Notes: generated from the sequence alone by a model not told the origin. A DNA stretch of 63,898 nt, filler included, from Octopus bimaculoides (GCF_001194135.2; 6 parts of 5 records of this genome joined end to end with filler, not necessarily neighbours in it), one strand, 5' to 3'. Numbered from the whole stretch's first letter, positions 10,655-22,610 are shown. Made by a program: numbers and translations.

Positions 10655-11520
10655 ATTGCAAGAGATGTGAACGCCAAGACAGATACAGAGGACCAGTGGC
10701 TATGGATGAGGAGGAGTGCCCTGAAGATAGAGACAGGAGCATTCATATACGCAGCTCAGGAACAAGCGTTAAGGACCAATTATACGAAGTGCAGAATTGA
10801 CTGCACTACCGATAGCGACAAATGCAGAATGTATGGTGAGAGGGGTTAAACGGCATGGCACATCGTTAGCGAATGCCTGAAATTAGCATAACGCGAATAA
10901 AAACGACGTCATGTGGCAAAATTATCCATTGGGAGCTCTGTGGAAATCACGGCCAACAAAGAGCACGGACGTGGTATGAAAAAAACCCAGAAGGAGTCAC
11001 CGAAAATGAGAACTGTAAAATCCTGATGGATGTAATGATCCAGTGCGATCACTTGACCAGATATAGGAAACCGGACATTGTTGTGGTAAATAAAAACGAA
11101 AGAACATGGATGATTATCGGCATAGCATACCCCGGTGACAACAAGATCAATGTGAAAGAAGAAAAAATAAACAACTATGACGATTTAAAGTGGAAAATAT
11201 GAAGGTTGTGGTCAATGAAGAGAGTAGACATGAAACCAATAGTAATTGGTGCACTTGGAAGTATCAGCACTCAGCTACCAACATGGCTGAAAAAGATTGG
11301 TGCAAGTGTGAAGGTAGAACACCTACAAAAATCAGCATTGCTTGGAACTGCAAGAATNNNNNNNNNNCACCTACAAAAATCAGCATTGCTTGGAACTGCA
11401 AGAATTATTTGCAGGATTCTTGAAGCATGACCAGTAAACAAGTGTCACCTTTGTCTGCTGGCTGTGGACAGCTGACACTTTCCATCATACTAAATAAGCA
11501 AAATAAGCTGTGAGTTTTCA
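10655..11520 (+). mobile_element. R4/Dong-clade LINE 3' fragment, second subfamily, flanked by (AAT)n
   Basis: LKIETGAFIYAAQEQALRTNY..CRID..SDKCRM...IIHWELC...ENENCKILMDVMIQCD..RKPDIVVV...IVIGALGSI...LQKSALLGTARIICRILEA*, followed by a 3' UTR and (AAT)n at 11522-11617. Confidence 0.9.
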
Positions 11521-11521
11521 T

Positions 11522-11545
11522 ATAATAATAATGAAGATGATGATG

Positions 11546-11617
<72 letters not shown>
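11522..11617. repeat. (AAT)n microsatellite
   Basis: Read directly. Confidence 0.97.
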
Positions 11618-11620
<3 letters not shown>

Positions 11621-12824
11621 GCACGCGCGCGTGTGTGTCCGTGTCCAATACATGACTACAGCACTAGTCGAGCCGAATCTACAGTACTCAAAGTGGTCAT
11701 TCATACTTCACAGCAAATGCTAAATATTGAGCAGCAATTGCTGGGGCTGAATAAAGAATGTGAAATCGTAGGTCTGGATAAACAATTATGCTAGTGTGGG
11801 ATTTAGGGTGACCAGATGTCCGATTTTAGGTCGAATAATCCAGCTCTTCAACATTCTGTTTTCTGCCCGGTGACAACTCAGCCAGATGCTGATTTGTACT
11901 TTTTGAATATGCAAATTTTTGCAGCTTTATATATAATGAAAAGATCAAAAGAAGCAATTCTCATTCAGGTAATAGTTTTTTTTTTATCGTTTTATCGCGT
12001 TTCATATGAGCCAGTCGCTGAGTAGTAGTAACTTGACAGCCATTTTTACTACAGAGCCCACAATTGATTCACTATCATCCACTGAGCTCGCTATTTGTTC
12101 CTGTATACTTCAAGGTAACGCAAATTATCTCTCAGCGTCATAGCTTTCTTTGGTTTTTGCCTCCACAAAACAGATCAATCTACTGCACTCCTTCCATGGA
12201 TAGCATGAAACAGAGGCCAAAATTACTGCCTCATATCACAAGAGACATTAAGCTAATCACTTACCTATTGCTAAAAACACGTACGTTATCTGCTCCTCTT
12301 TATGTCAGGCCAATTGTGTTAAGGCTTTCTATAATACAAATCAATCAACTTTGTAAACGCGAATATACGCATGCACATTTTCCATTATGCATACGCATTT
12401 ATTTAAATTTTGCTTTGGTTGATGTGATAAATAGAAAACTTTATATTCTTTGCTTTAAAAATGTCATATTTTATGTTTGAATTACCTAAAACCATACACT
12501 GTTTAACTACTATCGAATTGAGGTCACCCTGCAATCGGAAGCTCAACTTCTGTAACATGGAAAGAATAGAAAACAGATATTTACGTTTATATATTTGAAC
12601 AGTCATTAATTTTCTATTCTTATAAGAATTTTGTTAAAATATAATGGCATATTTTTTCTTTTTACTTTTTCTTAGTGGGGGTGGTGCCATTTTCTGACAA
12701 CTTACTGCTTTGCTACAATGTACGAAACACGTTGTCGAGATGACGCATTGATGAGGGAAGTCTATCCAAGGCTGCAATGGAGATAGGTTGATTTTTCTTT
12801 TGTTCCTGTTTTAAGCGCCTAAAG

Positions 12825-13144
12825 CAGGGGTTCTCAACCATTTAAAAAATCTATGGATCCCTTTGATTACCATTTCATTCTGGTGGACCCCATAGCCATT
12901 CGATGTTTAAAAAATAGTTTTATGGAAACTTCTTTTAAAATTCCTTTTTTTTTTTCACACATTAACTTGAGTAGGTTGAACTATGTAAAACATTAAAGAT
13001 AAAAACCTTTGCAATACATACCAATACATATATCTAAAGCAAAAATTTTTCAGGAGCCCTTAAAATTCTATTGTGGATCCCCAGTTTACTATTTTGTTGA
13101 GAGGACCCCAAAAATCTTATATGGATCCCGGTTGAGAACCACTG
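12825..13144. mobile_element. hAT/Charlie-type MITE, 320 bp
   Basis: TIRs CAGGGGTTCTCAACC and GGTTGAGAACCACTG. The flanking 8-mers GCCTAAAG and GTCAAAAG (6/8 identical) fit a decayed 8-bp TSD. Confidence 0.85.
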
Positions 13145-13639
13145 GTCAAAAGCAATGCTGAAAAGAAAGACTACATTGAATCGGGAATAGTTAAAGAATT
13201 TAGATTTATTGCTAAATGCAGGAAACATGACAGTCATTCTTTTTGTGCTTTATGCTTTTGTAATGTGAAAATTGACTGTAAGGGAAAAAGTGCATTTGAG
13301 CGACACGCCACCGAAGATAAACATAAAGTTATTACACATATTGTTGGCACGTCCTCATTGTTATCATTTTTCTCCACATCTCGATGAACTTGGGATGACA
13401 AAAATCTTGTCTGCAGAAGTCTGTAGAGTGTATCCCTGTTGTCTTTCACTTCCAATTTCATATTTTCATATTACGTGACTGAAGTAACAGGCTAGTTGTT
13501 TCATTGGTCGCCTTTAGAGACGGTGTGAGTTTTGATATATTTAGTAATGGAAATAGAAGGGACTATTTTCGGCTGTATGTGTGTATATAGTTATCTTATC
13601 ATTATCGCTATTAGATATATGTGTTATTAAATGTACGTA

Positions 13640-13857
13640 AGGCGGTGAGCTGGCGGAATCGATAGCATGCCGGGCAAAATGCTTACTGACATTTTATCCA
13701 TCATTACGTTCTGAGTTCAAATTTCACCGAGGTCGACTTCGCCTTTCATCCTTTTGGGGTTGATAAATTAAATACCAGTGAAACACTGGGGTCGATGTAA
13801 TTGACTAGTTCCTTCTCGCAACATTTTCAGACCTGTGCATTTTGTAGAAAACATTAT
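13640..13857 (+). mobile_element. SINE family B, full length
   Basis: GGCGGTGAGCTGGCGGAATCG head, GAGTTCAAAT B-box, GCCTTTCATCC..GGGGTTGATAAATTAAATACCAG core (resembles a Deu/Nin-type SINE domain, from memory). Confidence 0.9.
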
Positions 13858-14520
13858 TAAATGTATGTGCTGTTAAAGACTAGGAACATTTTCCAAATCT
13901 TTATTTCAAATATGAACATTTCTAAACGTCTCTAGAAATATGGATGATACATTATAATATAATATCTCAATTTATTTTAATATTTAAAAGTCCATCTATG
14001 TATATATGTTCCAAACTATAAGACAGTTTTGCACCTAAGTGGCAAGAATTTAGTATAGGGTCACATCTTTTCTAGGAGAAANNNNNNNNNNNNNNNNNNN
14101 NNNNNNNNNNNNNNNNNNNNNNNNNNNNNNNNNNNNNNNNNNNNNNNNNNNNNNNNNNNNNNNNNNNNNNNNNNNNNNNNNNNNNNNNNNNNNNNNNNNN
14201 NNNNNNNNNNNNNNNNNNNNNNNNNNNNNNNNNNNNNNNNNNNNNNNNNNNNNNNNNNNNNNNNNNNNNNNNNNNNNNNNNNNNNNNNNNNNNNNNNNNN
14301 NNNNNNNNNNNNNNNNNNNNNNNNNNNNNNNNNNNNNNNNNNNNNNNNNNNNNNNNNNNNNNNNNNNNNNNNNNNNNNNNNNNNNNNNNNNNNNNNNNNN
14401 NNNNNNNNNNNNNNNNNNNNNNNNNNNNNNNNNNNNNNNNNNNNNNNNNNNNNNNNNNNNNNNNNNNNNNNNNNNNNNNNNNNNNNNNNNNNNNNNNNNN
14501 NNNNNNNNNNNNNNNNNNNN

Positions 14521-16049
14521 GGAAATTCCTAAAACGACATAATGCTAATTGTTTGTTTTGTTCAAAATAGCTAAAACTCTCTAATCAACATCTGAACGTT
14601 CTATTTAGATACTGCCAATGATCATTTTTCGATTTGTTTGTTAATCCTGTAAAAAATCTTGTTCTCTCTGAGGTACATTTTTGTCTCTACTACAACCGTA
14701 GTTTTTAAAAGAGTTGCACTTGTAACAGGAAATGCTAAATAAATCTTTGGTTGTATTGTTTTTAAACACACTACACTTTGTTTGAATCAATGGCNNNNNN
14801 NNNNTGATAAAAATAATTAACATTTCCAATTTATTCGAAATAATTCCATGTAACAAAATAATACGAATCGTTGTAGTGCATTCATTTTCGTTCCAGTTAT
14901 AAAGCCAATTAATTCTTTTCGTAGACGAGAATTAGCATCTCACTCTCAAATAAAGAATGGAACAGTAAAAGATTTGTTGTTTTGGAAATTCCTAAAACGA
15001 CATAATGCTAATTGTTTGTTTTGTTCAAAATAGCTAAAACTCTCTAATCAACATCTGAACGTTCTATTTAGATACTGCCAATGATCATTTTTCGATTTGT
15101 TTGTTAATCCTGTAAAAAATCTTGTTCTCTCTGAGGTACATTTTTGTCTCTACTACAACCGTAGTTTTTAAAGGAGTTGCACTTGTAACAGGAAATGCTA
15201 AATAAATCTTTGGTTGTATTGTTTTTAAACACACTACACTTTGTTTGAATCAATGGCATATTTTTTTTCTATTTTTCTCAGATTTTAATAATGCTTAGTA
15301 CTTTAGATAAAAGTTTAAGATTTTCGGTTTAGCTGACTCAATCGTAACACAAGCGATGTATGCCTTTTGCCAAAGAAGAATTTATCTTTTCTGCTACAAT
15401 CTTGACAATTTGTTTAATTGAAGGATCTTTCTTACTTACATTCTTTTCTTTTTCTCGTTCAAATAAAACGCATTTTAGTATGACGTTGTAAGTTGGCAAA
15501 ACTCGCTCGCTAAGATCACATGGAGTACCAAATATTGGGCATTCAGTATCATGACGCGTTATTGGCTTATGAGTCATCACTAAATGTAAACAACACTAAA
15601 TTTAACATGATCATTGATTTTAATACAATGGCGTAAAGTCAAGGTACAAAACAGAAAATTTCACACACATGACGTACGTCCACACGCAACGATCGTTGCA
15701 GCGGCACTGGAGAGAAGTTCACATTCCTGTTCTCTTTATAGTCAATGCGGAACATCAAAATATTAGTGAATTGTATTGAAAGTTGATATGCAACCTCTTA
15801 AGGATACTAAATATACTGTTTTACATTCTGTTATGTAGAAATATATATATATTCGTTATGACTCATAATCCGTGAAATCCAAAATTCGACCCAAAATAGT
15901 GATGTTTAAAATTGTCAATTGCGTTGCGGAGCCTACAAAAAATATTTAACCGCAAAATTATTTATATACCTTTCTTTTAACCCTAATTCGCAACAAAATA
16001 TCGACTCTTAGTTACCAATTTCGAAAGTTGCGTTTTTCGCTCCAACCTA
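14521..16049 (-). mobile_element. hAT-superfamily DNA transposon (probably hATm type): left end plus decayed transposase N-terminus
   Basis: Minus-strand end TAGGTTGGAGCGAAAAACGC at 16049. ORF 15338-15580 ECPIFGTPCDLSERVLPTYNVILKCVLFER..DPSIKQIVKIVAEKI continues after breaks as KDLFSISCYKCNSF..GCSRDKNVPQREQDFLQD*..RKMIIGSI. The catalytic DDE part is not visible. Confidence 0.6.
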
Positions 16050-17129
16050 ATGTACATGTAATGTATTTAAAAGGTACACAGTTGTTTTTTAATTCTTTAA
16101 ATTTTAATTACATGTAACTTCAAAAAATTTAATGTTGAAAGGTTAAAATCCTATTGAAAATCATATTAAATTATGAACTAAGTAAATTAGAACTGAGCTT
16201 GTCCATGTAACTTTCATGTACCTATGTAAATATCAAAATGTATTTCTCAAAGTATATTTTTGAATAATGACGATTAATTCTGCGCAAGTCCTTTTAAAAA
16301 CAATTTGTTTCATTCCTTTAAAACCTGTTATAACCAATAGGTTATAAACAACTAATTTAGGCTGGAATGTTTGTATAATAGTTAGAGCGTCGTTGAAATG
16401 CCTTGCAGCATTTCTTCAGGCTCGCTGAATTCAAATCTCACTGAGAGCATTATCTACCACTTAATCTATCTTATAAAACAATAACAGATTAAGCATCTAG
16501 AACAGCTAAATATCTGATGCATTTATTTTAATGGCATTCCTAATATGCTACATTGAAAGTTTCTCAATGGTCAGTTAGCGCGCAGATATATAGATATATT
16601 ATTTTCTTTTACTCTACTCAAGGTCATGTCATGCAGTGAAAGACTTTTACTAGATCAATTCGATCTAAATAGTATCACTGGCACAAAATTAATTTAGTGG
16701 AACACCCAATAACTACCATTTAAATAGTTTTCAGTATTAGATTTCGTCCCAGTACATTAAGAAGACAAATTCCCCTTTAGTAGATTGAACGGATGATAAA
16801 GTGTCTTGCGGTATTTGTTCAAGCTCTCGTAGCTTCGAGTTCAAATCTTGTCGAGATCAGTTTTGACTCTTATCCTTTTGAATTCAATACGACGAAGTAC
16901 TAATGCCATTTGGTGGATTTGTAGAGTTGTTTCAACGTCTGACGAAATGCCTTACGGTATTTCTCCCGGATCTTTGCTTTTTTAAATTCTTGGGTTATAG
17001 ATTTAATCCATCGCACGATTTAACACTACCATCATGTCATTGGGTACCTTTAATAAAGTTCAGTCAATTACGAGCATTCGGTTTGGAAATGAATTCTTTA
17101 ATGGCACAAGCTACAAAAGACCTGGATAA

Positions 17130-17758
17130 AAAATAAAATGTCATGGCATTTATGACTAAAAGATTTTCGAAGAGTGACTGTTTTCGTTCTGTTGTAGAAT
17201 GGTAAAGTGTTAGACAATATTTCCAGGTAAAGCTTTAGTCCTTTTATACAATGCACCATAATACGCCATAAACTTAAGCAAGCTTTCTGATAATGTAAGA
17301 GTAGAATGATATCCCCCAATAATACATCTTCTTCACTGCACCCAATGTATCATTGTGTGATAGCTGATTTCAAGACATATTACCTGAGAACTTCCACACA
17401 ACCTACGAAAATAATTGACAAGTAAGATAAACCTACAGTTAGACTTCAGGAAGAAATTCAACATAATGGATGCTGCAACTAACATAGCTGAGACATAGAA
17501 TGGTGCTTAGAAAAATATATTGCCTGACTGTCTACGTGACTTTACAAGTTTTCTACAAGCTGTTGAGAACAAGAGCAAGCTGAGAATATAAATGAGAATG
17601 CGGAAATTTTATCAACTCCACTTAAACTAAGCTAACAGAATATTGCTAAAGGGTCTGCAAGCTTTTGCTGATAGGAAACCTATTCGTGTATATAACATAA
17701 AATGATTAAAAAAGGAATTTACAATGAACTGTTCCTACACTAAAGAGGTGACGCACTG
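17130..17758 (+). mobile_element. Tigger/pogo-type transposase remnant with right end
   Basis: Frameshifted translation KALVLLYNAP..SPNNTSSSLHPMYHCVIADFKTYYLRT..DFRKKFNIMDAATNIAET*..GA*KNILPDCLRDFTSF matches the Tigger LPPNTTS.QPMDQGVIA.FK.YYLR motifs. Ends GAGGTGACGCACTG followed by TA. Confidence 0.75.
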
Positions 17759-17780
17759 TAAACATTACTCAAGTAGATTT

Positions 17781-18115
17781 GTCTGTTAATCCTGTAAAAT
17801 ATCTAATCAACATCTGAACGTTCTGTTTAGATACTGCCAATGATCATTTTTCGATTTGTTTGTTAATCCTGTAAAAAATCTTGTTCTCTCTGAGGTACAT
17901 TTTTGTCTCTACTACAACCGTAGTTTTTAAAAGAGTTGCACTTGTAACAGGAAATGCTAAATAAATCTTTGGTTGTATTGTTTTTAAACACACTACACTT
18001 TGTTTGAATCAATGGCACACTTTTTTTCTATTTTTCTCAGATTTTAATAATGCTTGGTACTTTAGATAAAAGTTTAAGACTTTCGGTTTAACTGACTCAA
18101 TGGTAACACAAGCGA
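17781..18115 (-). mobile_element. Third copy of the internal hAT-like transposase segment
   Basis: Near-identical to about 15040-15360 (CTAATCAACATCTGAACG...AACACAAGCGATG). Confidence 0.85.
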
Positions 18116-18278
18116 TGAGGAACTATAAGATAAGAGGAAGCGTCCTTTTCGCTCCCAGTAACCACTCATTCCATTAAACAGTTGTCAACCTCTTTTATGA
18201 TATTATGATTCTTCTATATTCCTAACGAATTTCTCATCGAATGCTTTTATGTGTACATAGTGCACTGTACATATATAT

Positions 18279-18378
18279 NNNNNNNNNNNNNNNNNNNNNN
18301 NNNNNNNNNNNNNNNNNNNNNNTTAATTAATTAANNNNNNNNNNNNNNNNNNNNNNNNNNNNNNNNNNNNNNNNNNNN
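18279..18378. other. Artificial scaffold spacer (44N-TTAATTAATTAA-44N)
   Basis: Exactly 100 nt with a six-frame-stop 12-mer; five identical occurrences in the window. Confidence 0.95.
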
Positions 18379-19288
18379 CTGTTAATTGGATTCTGTGTGG
18401 AATTTTCTCGTAGTTTACTGAATCAACTTGTACCAGGAGTTGAAATTCCTGGCCAATCCAGTTTTCATTGTACACGGCAGATGCTTCTAAAATGTTTATT
18501 TCCTCCTCTATGCCGAGACATATGGCAGATACGAGCCATTCTTCCTCAATTTCAGGAGGCACATTCGAAATCTTTATTTTCGTAACCCTACGACCAAGGT
18601 ACGTAGGGATCATGAGCAGGTTCTCATGTTGTAATGACTTTGTGGAGAGGTCCTTGGCTCGCTGCTCGCTGTCGAGTCTTACCTCTATTGTTGCGAACTT
18701 CGTTCCTCTCGTTATGTAAGTTTTATAAGACCATAGCGGCTTTAGGTATCTCTCAACCTTTTCTTGAGTGGATTTTTCCGGTGTCTTTGTCTTTATATTT
18801 ATGGTTCTGTAGTTAGTTTTTTTTTCTATGTTTATTTTAAAGTCCGCAGGTGTTTGAAGATGAACTGTAACGTCCTTTTTACTTAGCATGCTTTTGCATG
18901 CGAGTAATTTCTCTTTCGATATATTCAATATTCTTTTTCTGGGCTTCAAAGCCTCGGCAAAGTTCGTGTTTGTTGTGGTGGTGGTGGCGGTAGTGGTGGT
19001 ATCAGTGGTGAGGACAGTGGTTTTGTTAGCAAGGACATTTGTGTCCTTGTTGTTGCTGTTGTTGTTATTGTTATTGTTTTTGTTGTTGTTGTTTTCACGG
19101 GTGACGGTGGCGGGCAAGACTGCTGTAGCAGCAGGGTTTTTACACGTGATGGTGGTTGAGGCAGCAGCAGTAGATTCACAATCATTGCTCTTCTCCACCA
19201 CCTGTCTGCGTTCATGCGGAACGGCATTAAGTTCTTTCGCCTCTGGCATTAGAGGCAGGAAATCGGCCTTGTTGTATCCCATAGCCAT
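18379..19288 (-). CDS. L1/Tx1-type LINE ORF1 (gag-like), open up to the scaffold end
   Basis: About 303 stop-free codons: Asn/Thr low-complexity N-terminus, then an RRM-like region FATIEVRL..LMIPTYLGRRVTKIKISNVPPEI typical of L1/Tx1 ORF1p. Confidence 0.72.
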
Positions 19289-19495
19289 ATTCGTTTTACA
19301 GAATATGGCTAGGAACGAGGAAGCTGTGTTTGAATTTTTGGAAATAAGGCTCTAGATAGAGCGATTTCCGATTTGAAAAATATATGTTCATGAAGTATTT
19401 TGTGTTATACACAACTTATACAAAATTTAAAAACAAAATAGGTCTTTTAAGAGGTGAAAAATGCAACTTACATGGGAGCCGATGTGTCTACCGTC
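19289..19495 (-). mobile_element. Probable 5' UTR of the Tx1/L1 element
   Basis: Lies directly upstream of ORF1 and begins with a short GC-richer ACGGTAGACACATCGGCTCCC stretch; boundary inferred. Confidence 0.45.
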
Positions 19496-19629
19496 ACAGA
19501 CAGAAGATAACAAAGTTGCTGTGAGATAAACAAGTCCTAGGCACACACTTAAAGTCAACTGCAGAAGGATTTGAACTCAGACTAGCAATTCTACCAGCTT
19601 GCTACCTTAACAATAGTTAAAATGATAAT

Positions 19630-19815
19630 AATCCTTTCTACTATAGGCACAAGACCTGAAATTTGGGGGGAGGGGACTAACCAATTGCTTCGACCCCAGT
19701 GTTCGACTGGAACTTATTCTATTGACCCCAAAAAGAATGCAAAACAAAGTTGACCTTGGCAGAATTTGAACTCAGAACACAAAGATGCACAAAATGCACC
19801 CTAAGCATTCTGCCA
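19630..19815 (-). mobile_element. SINE family B
   Basis: Reverse of the family B core and tail. Confidence 0.8.
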
Positions 19816-19817
19816 GC

Positions 19818-20065
19818 TCATCATCATCATTTAACGTCTGTTGTCCATGCTGGCATGGGTTGGACAGTTTGACTGGGCTGGCATGCTGGAAGTCTGCACG
19901 AAACTCCAGTCAGATTTGACATGGTTTTCTATGGCTGGAAGCCCTTCCTAATGGCAACCACACCGAGAATGTAATGGGTGCTTTTACATGCCACTGGAAC
20001 AGGTGCCATTTGCATGACAATGGAGTGCATTTATGTGCCACTGGCATGAGTGCCAATTTGCATGA
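19818..20065 (-). mobile_element. Family E non-autonomous RTE-tailed element
   Basis: Reverse of the GGAAGGGC.TCCAGC.....AACCCATGCCAGCATGGACAACAGACGTTAAATGATGATG tail. Confidence 0.8.
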
Positions 20066-20533
20066 CCGGGGTTGATTCATTCGACTAAAAGTTCTTCAAG
20101 GTGGTGCTCCAGCAGGGCTGTTGTCTAACAATTGAAACATGTAAAAAGAATNNNNNNNNNNNNNNNNNNNNNNNNNNNNNNNNNNNNNNNNNNNNNNNNN
20201 NNNNNNNNNNNNNNNNNNNNNNNNNNNNNNNNNNNNNNNNNNNNNNNNNNNNNNNNNNNNNNNNNNNNNNNNNNNNNNNNNNNNNNNNNNNNNNNNNNNN
20301 NNNNNNNNNNNNNNNNNNNNNNNNNNNNNNNNNNNNNNNNNNNNNNNNNNNNNNNNNNNNNNNNNNNNNNNNNNNNNNNNNNNNNNNNNNNNNNNNNNNN
20401 NNNNNNNNNNNNNNNNNNNNNNNNNNNNNNNNNNNNNNNNNNNNTATATACACACACACACACACAGTAATACCTTCGTTTTTGAACAACTTTTGATCAC
20501 AAATAAATCATGCTTCCTATATCGGTGATTGTT

Positions 20534-20575
20534 GTGCGCTGATGAAGGGTAAATACCCAGAAACCCGGGTCCCAT
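20534..20575 (+). ncRNA. Minimal type I hammerhead ribozyme (Penelope pLTR type), slightly decayed
   Basis: CTGATGA (20539-45), A-GGGT-AAAT-ACCC-A, GAAA (20560-63), palindromic ACCCGGGT, then C, giving a GTC cleavage triplet. Confidence 0.7.
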
Positions 20576-20637
20576 GCGTATCACGTCAGGTCGACGATGG
20601 GAAGGATGACTTCCCTTTGCAAATACTGATAGGGCAT

Positions 20638-20870
20638 TAAGGTGGCGAGCTAGCAGAATCGTTAGCAAGCCAGGTGAAATGCTTAGTGGTATTGCGTCTG
20701 CTGCTACGTTCTGAGTTCAAATTCCGCCAAGGTTGACTTTGCCTTTCATCCTTTCGGGGTCAACTAAATACGTACCAGTTATGCACTGGGGTTGATGTAA
20801 TCGACTTAGTCCCTTTGTCTGTCCTTGTTTGTCCCTTCTGTGTTTAGCTCCCCTTGTGGGCAATAAAGAA
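20638..20870 (+). mobile_element. SINE family B, alternative tail
   Basis: Family B head and core with a GTCCCTTTGTCTGTCCTTGTTTGTCCC...GCAATAAAG tail. Confidence 0.88.
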
Positions 20871-21039
20871 TTAAATACTGATAGAGCACAGACAGTGTGT
20901 CAATAGCCATCTTGAGGAGATGTTCTCCTGGGGCTACAAGCTACAATAGCATCCACCCTTAGGGGTTAGCTGCATTTAAGTGGCAAATATACTTCACGTT
21001 GTCGTGCAGCTCCTGTTTATACCTCGTTCAGAGATTTAT

Positions 21040-21099
<60 letters not shown>

Positions 21100-22464
21100 A
21101 AGAAAGAGAGAGAGAGAGGGAGAGATAAGGCACAATTAATTCGTGATCAGAGGTGTTTGTAAAGAAAAGTACTACTGTATTAAATGAATATGAGAATATG
21201 AGAAGGACAGGAGATAAAGCACGATTTAATCATGATCAGAGGTTATATAGAATACAAAACTGTAGCTAAATTAGTATTGTTAATATATTTGATGTAACAT
21301 GCATTAAAAATTGTTAACTACAAATAAGAGTGTGCTGAAGAATTCTGCAGTTTCAGTCTTTATATCAGTAAAGGCAAAACATAATCAATAACAATAAAAA
21401 TAAAAGCATATGTAAGTTGACTTTCAAGCAGAGAAGTATTAAGATGGTTATTTACAAAGAATTTGAAGAATTCAAATTGTCAATGCTCCTTCGCCCCAAA
21501 ACAGATAGAGAAAAGCAAGAAATATGCAAATTAGAATTAAAAACCCTAAAAAAAACAAAAGAACCCATCCAGAAATGGTAAGACTAACTACAACAGATTA
21601 ATTAGTGTCATGATTAATGTCCATATTCTAGAATGTTCTTCTGTCGTAATTGAGACAATGTAAAAATTGTAAAAATTTGGTTAAGAAATATGATGGCAGT
21701 AATTTAGGTGTCATATCGTTGTAACCTTGTTGCTTTTAGAATTTGCTGCAGATAATTGTAGCAATTAATTTCACTTCTTAATATATTGCATTAATACCTC
21801 TTGAAGAATTAAGTCTTATATTTCATGCCACAAGTTTTGGAAACAAATTAAAAAGAAACGCAAAGAAAAAAGACTCCAACAACAATAAACATCTTCCGTC
21901 CTACCTCCTCCTCCTTCTTCTTCTTTATCATTAATACTACCATTGTTATTATTATAGCTATTGTTGCTGTTGTTATTGTTGTTACTACTACTGCTACTAT
22001 CACTATTATTATTATTATTTATCATCACTGCTGTTGTTGCAATGTATTTTCCCTCTTCATTTCAAGTAATTATAACCATTTTCTAGCAGTATTACAGCAT
22101 TTAATGGTGAATAATGATCTTGATATGGTAAGTGTTCCCACCAACACTAATACATGCTGTTTTCCTTTAATCATCGTTAAAGGCCAAACAAAGCCTTGTG
22201 TTTATAATATATCTTTTCACTTTCACTTTGCCAATGTTACTGCCATTAAGAAAGCTATTAGGTATCAGCATATCACATTTATATTTAATGTAGAATAGCG
22301 TTCATTATCACTGCCACTACCAACACTGGCTCCACCACCACCATCACCATTATCGTTATTGTCATCGAAGGAGCCTTGAACATAGGTCTGCTTGATCAGT
22401 CCTAACCTGCAGAAAAATATCAAATTATCAGCATGGAAAGCTATAAAAGAGCAGAAACTTCGAA

Positions 22465-22610
22465 CTTGTACACATGTTAGTACTTTCCATGTTAGTATCC
22501 TGCACTCTTAACCACGACGTCATATGCCTGTGGCATATGGCATAGTGGTTAATGTAAATAATGTACATAATCCCTCATCTCTTCAATATAGAACTGTATT
22601 ATCTAATCGG
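22465..22610. mobile_element. SINE family C rearranged copy: head-to-head inverted heads fused to the tail
   Basis: TTAACCACGACGTCATATGCC-TGT-GGCATATGGCATAGTGGTTAA, then TGTAAATAATGTACATAATCCCTCATCTC. Confidence 0.75.
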
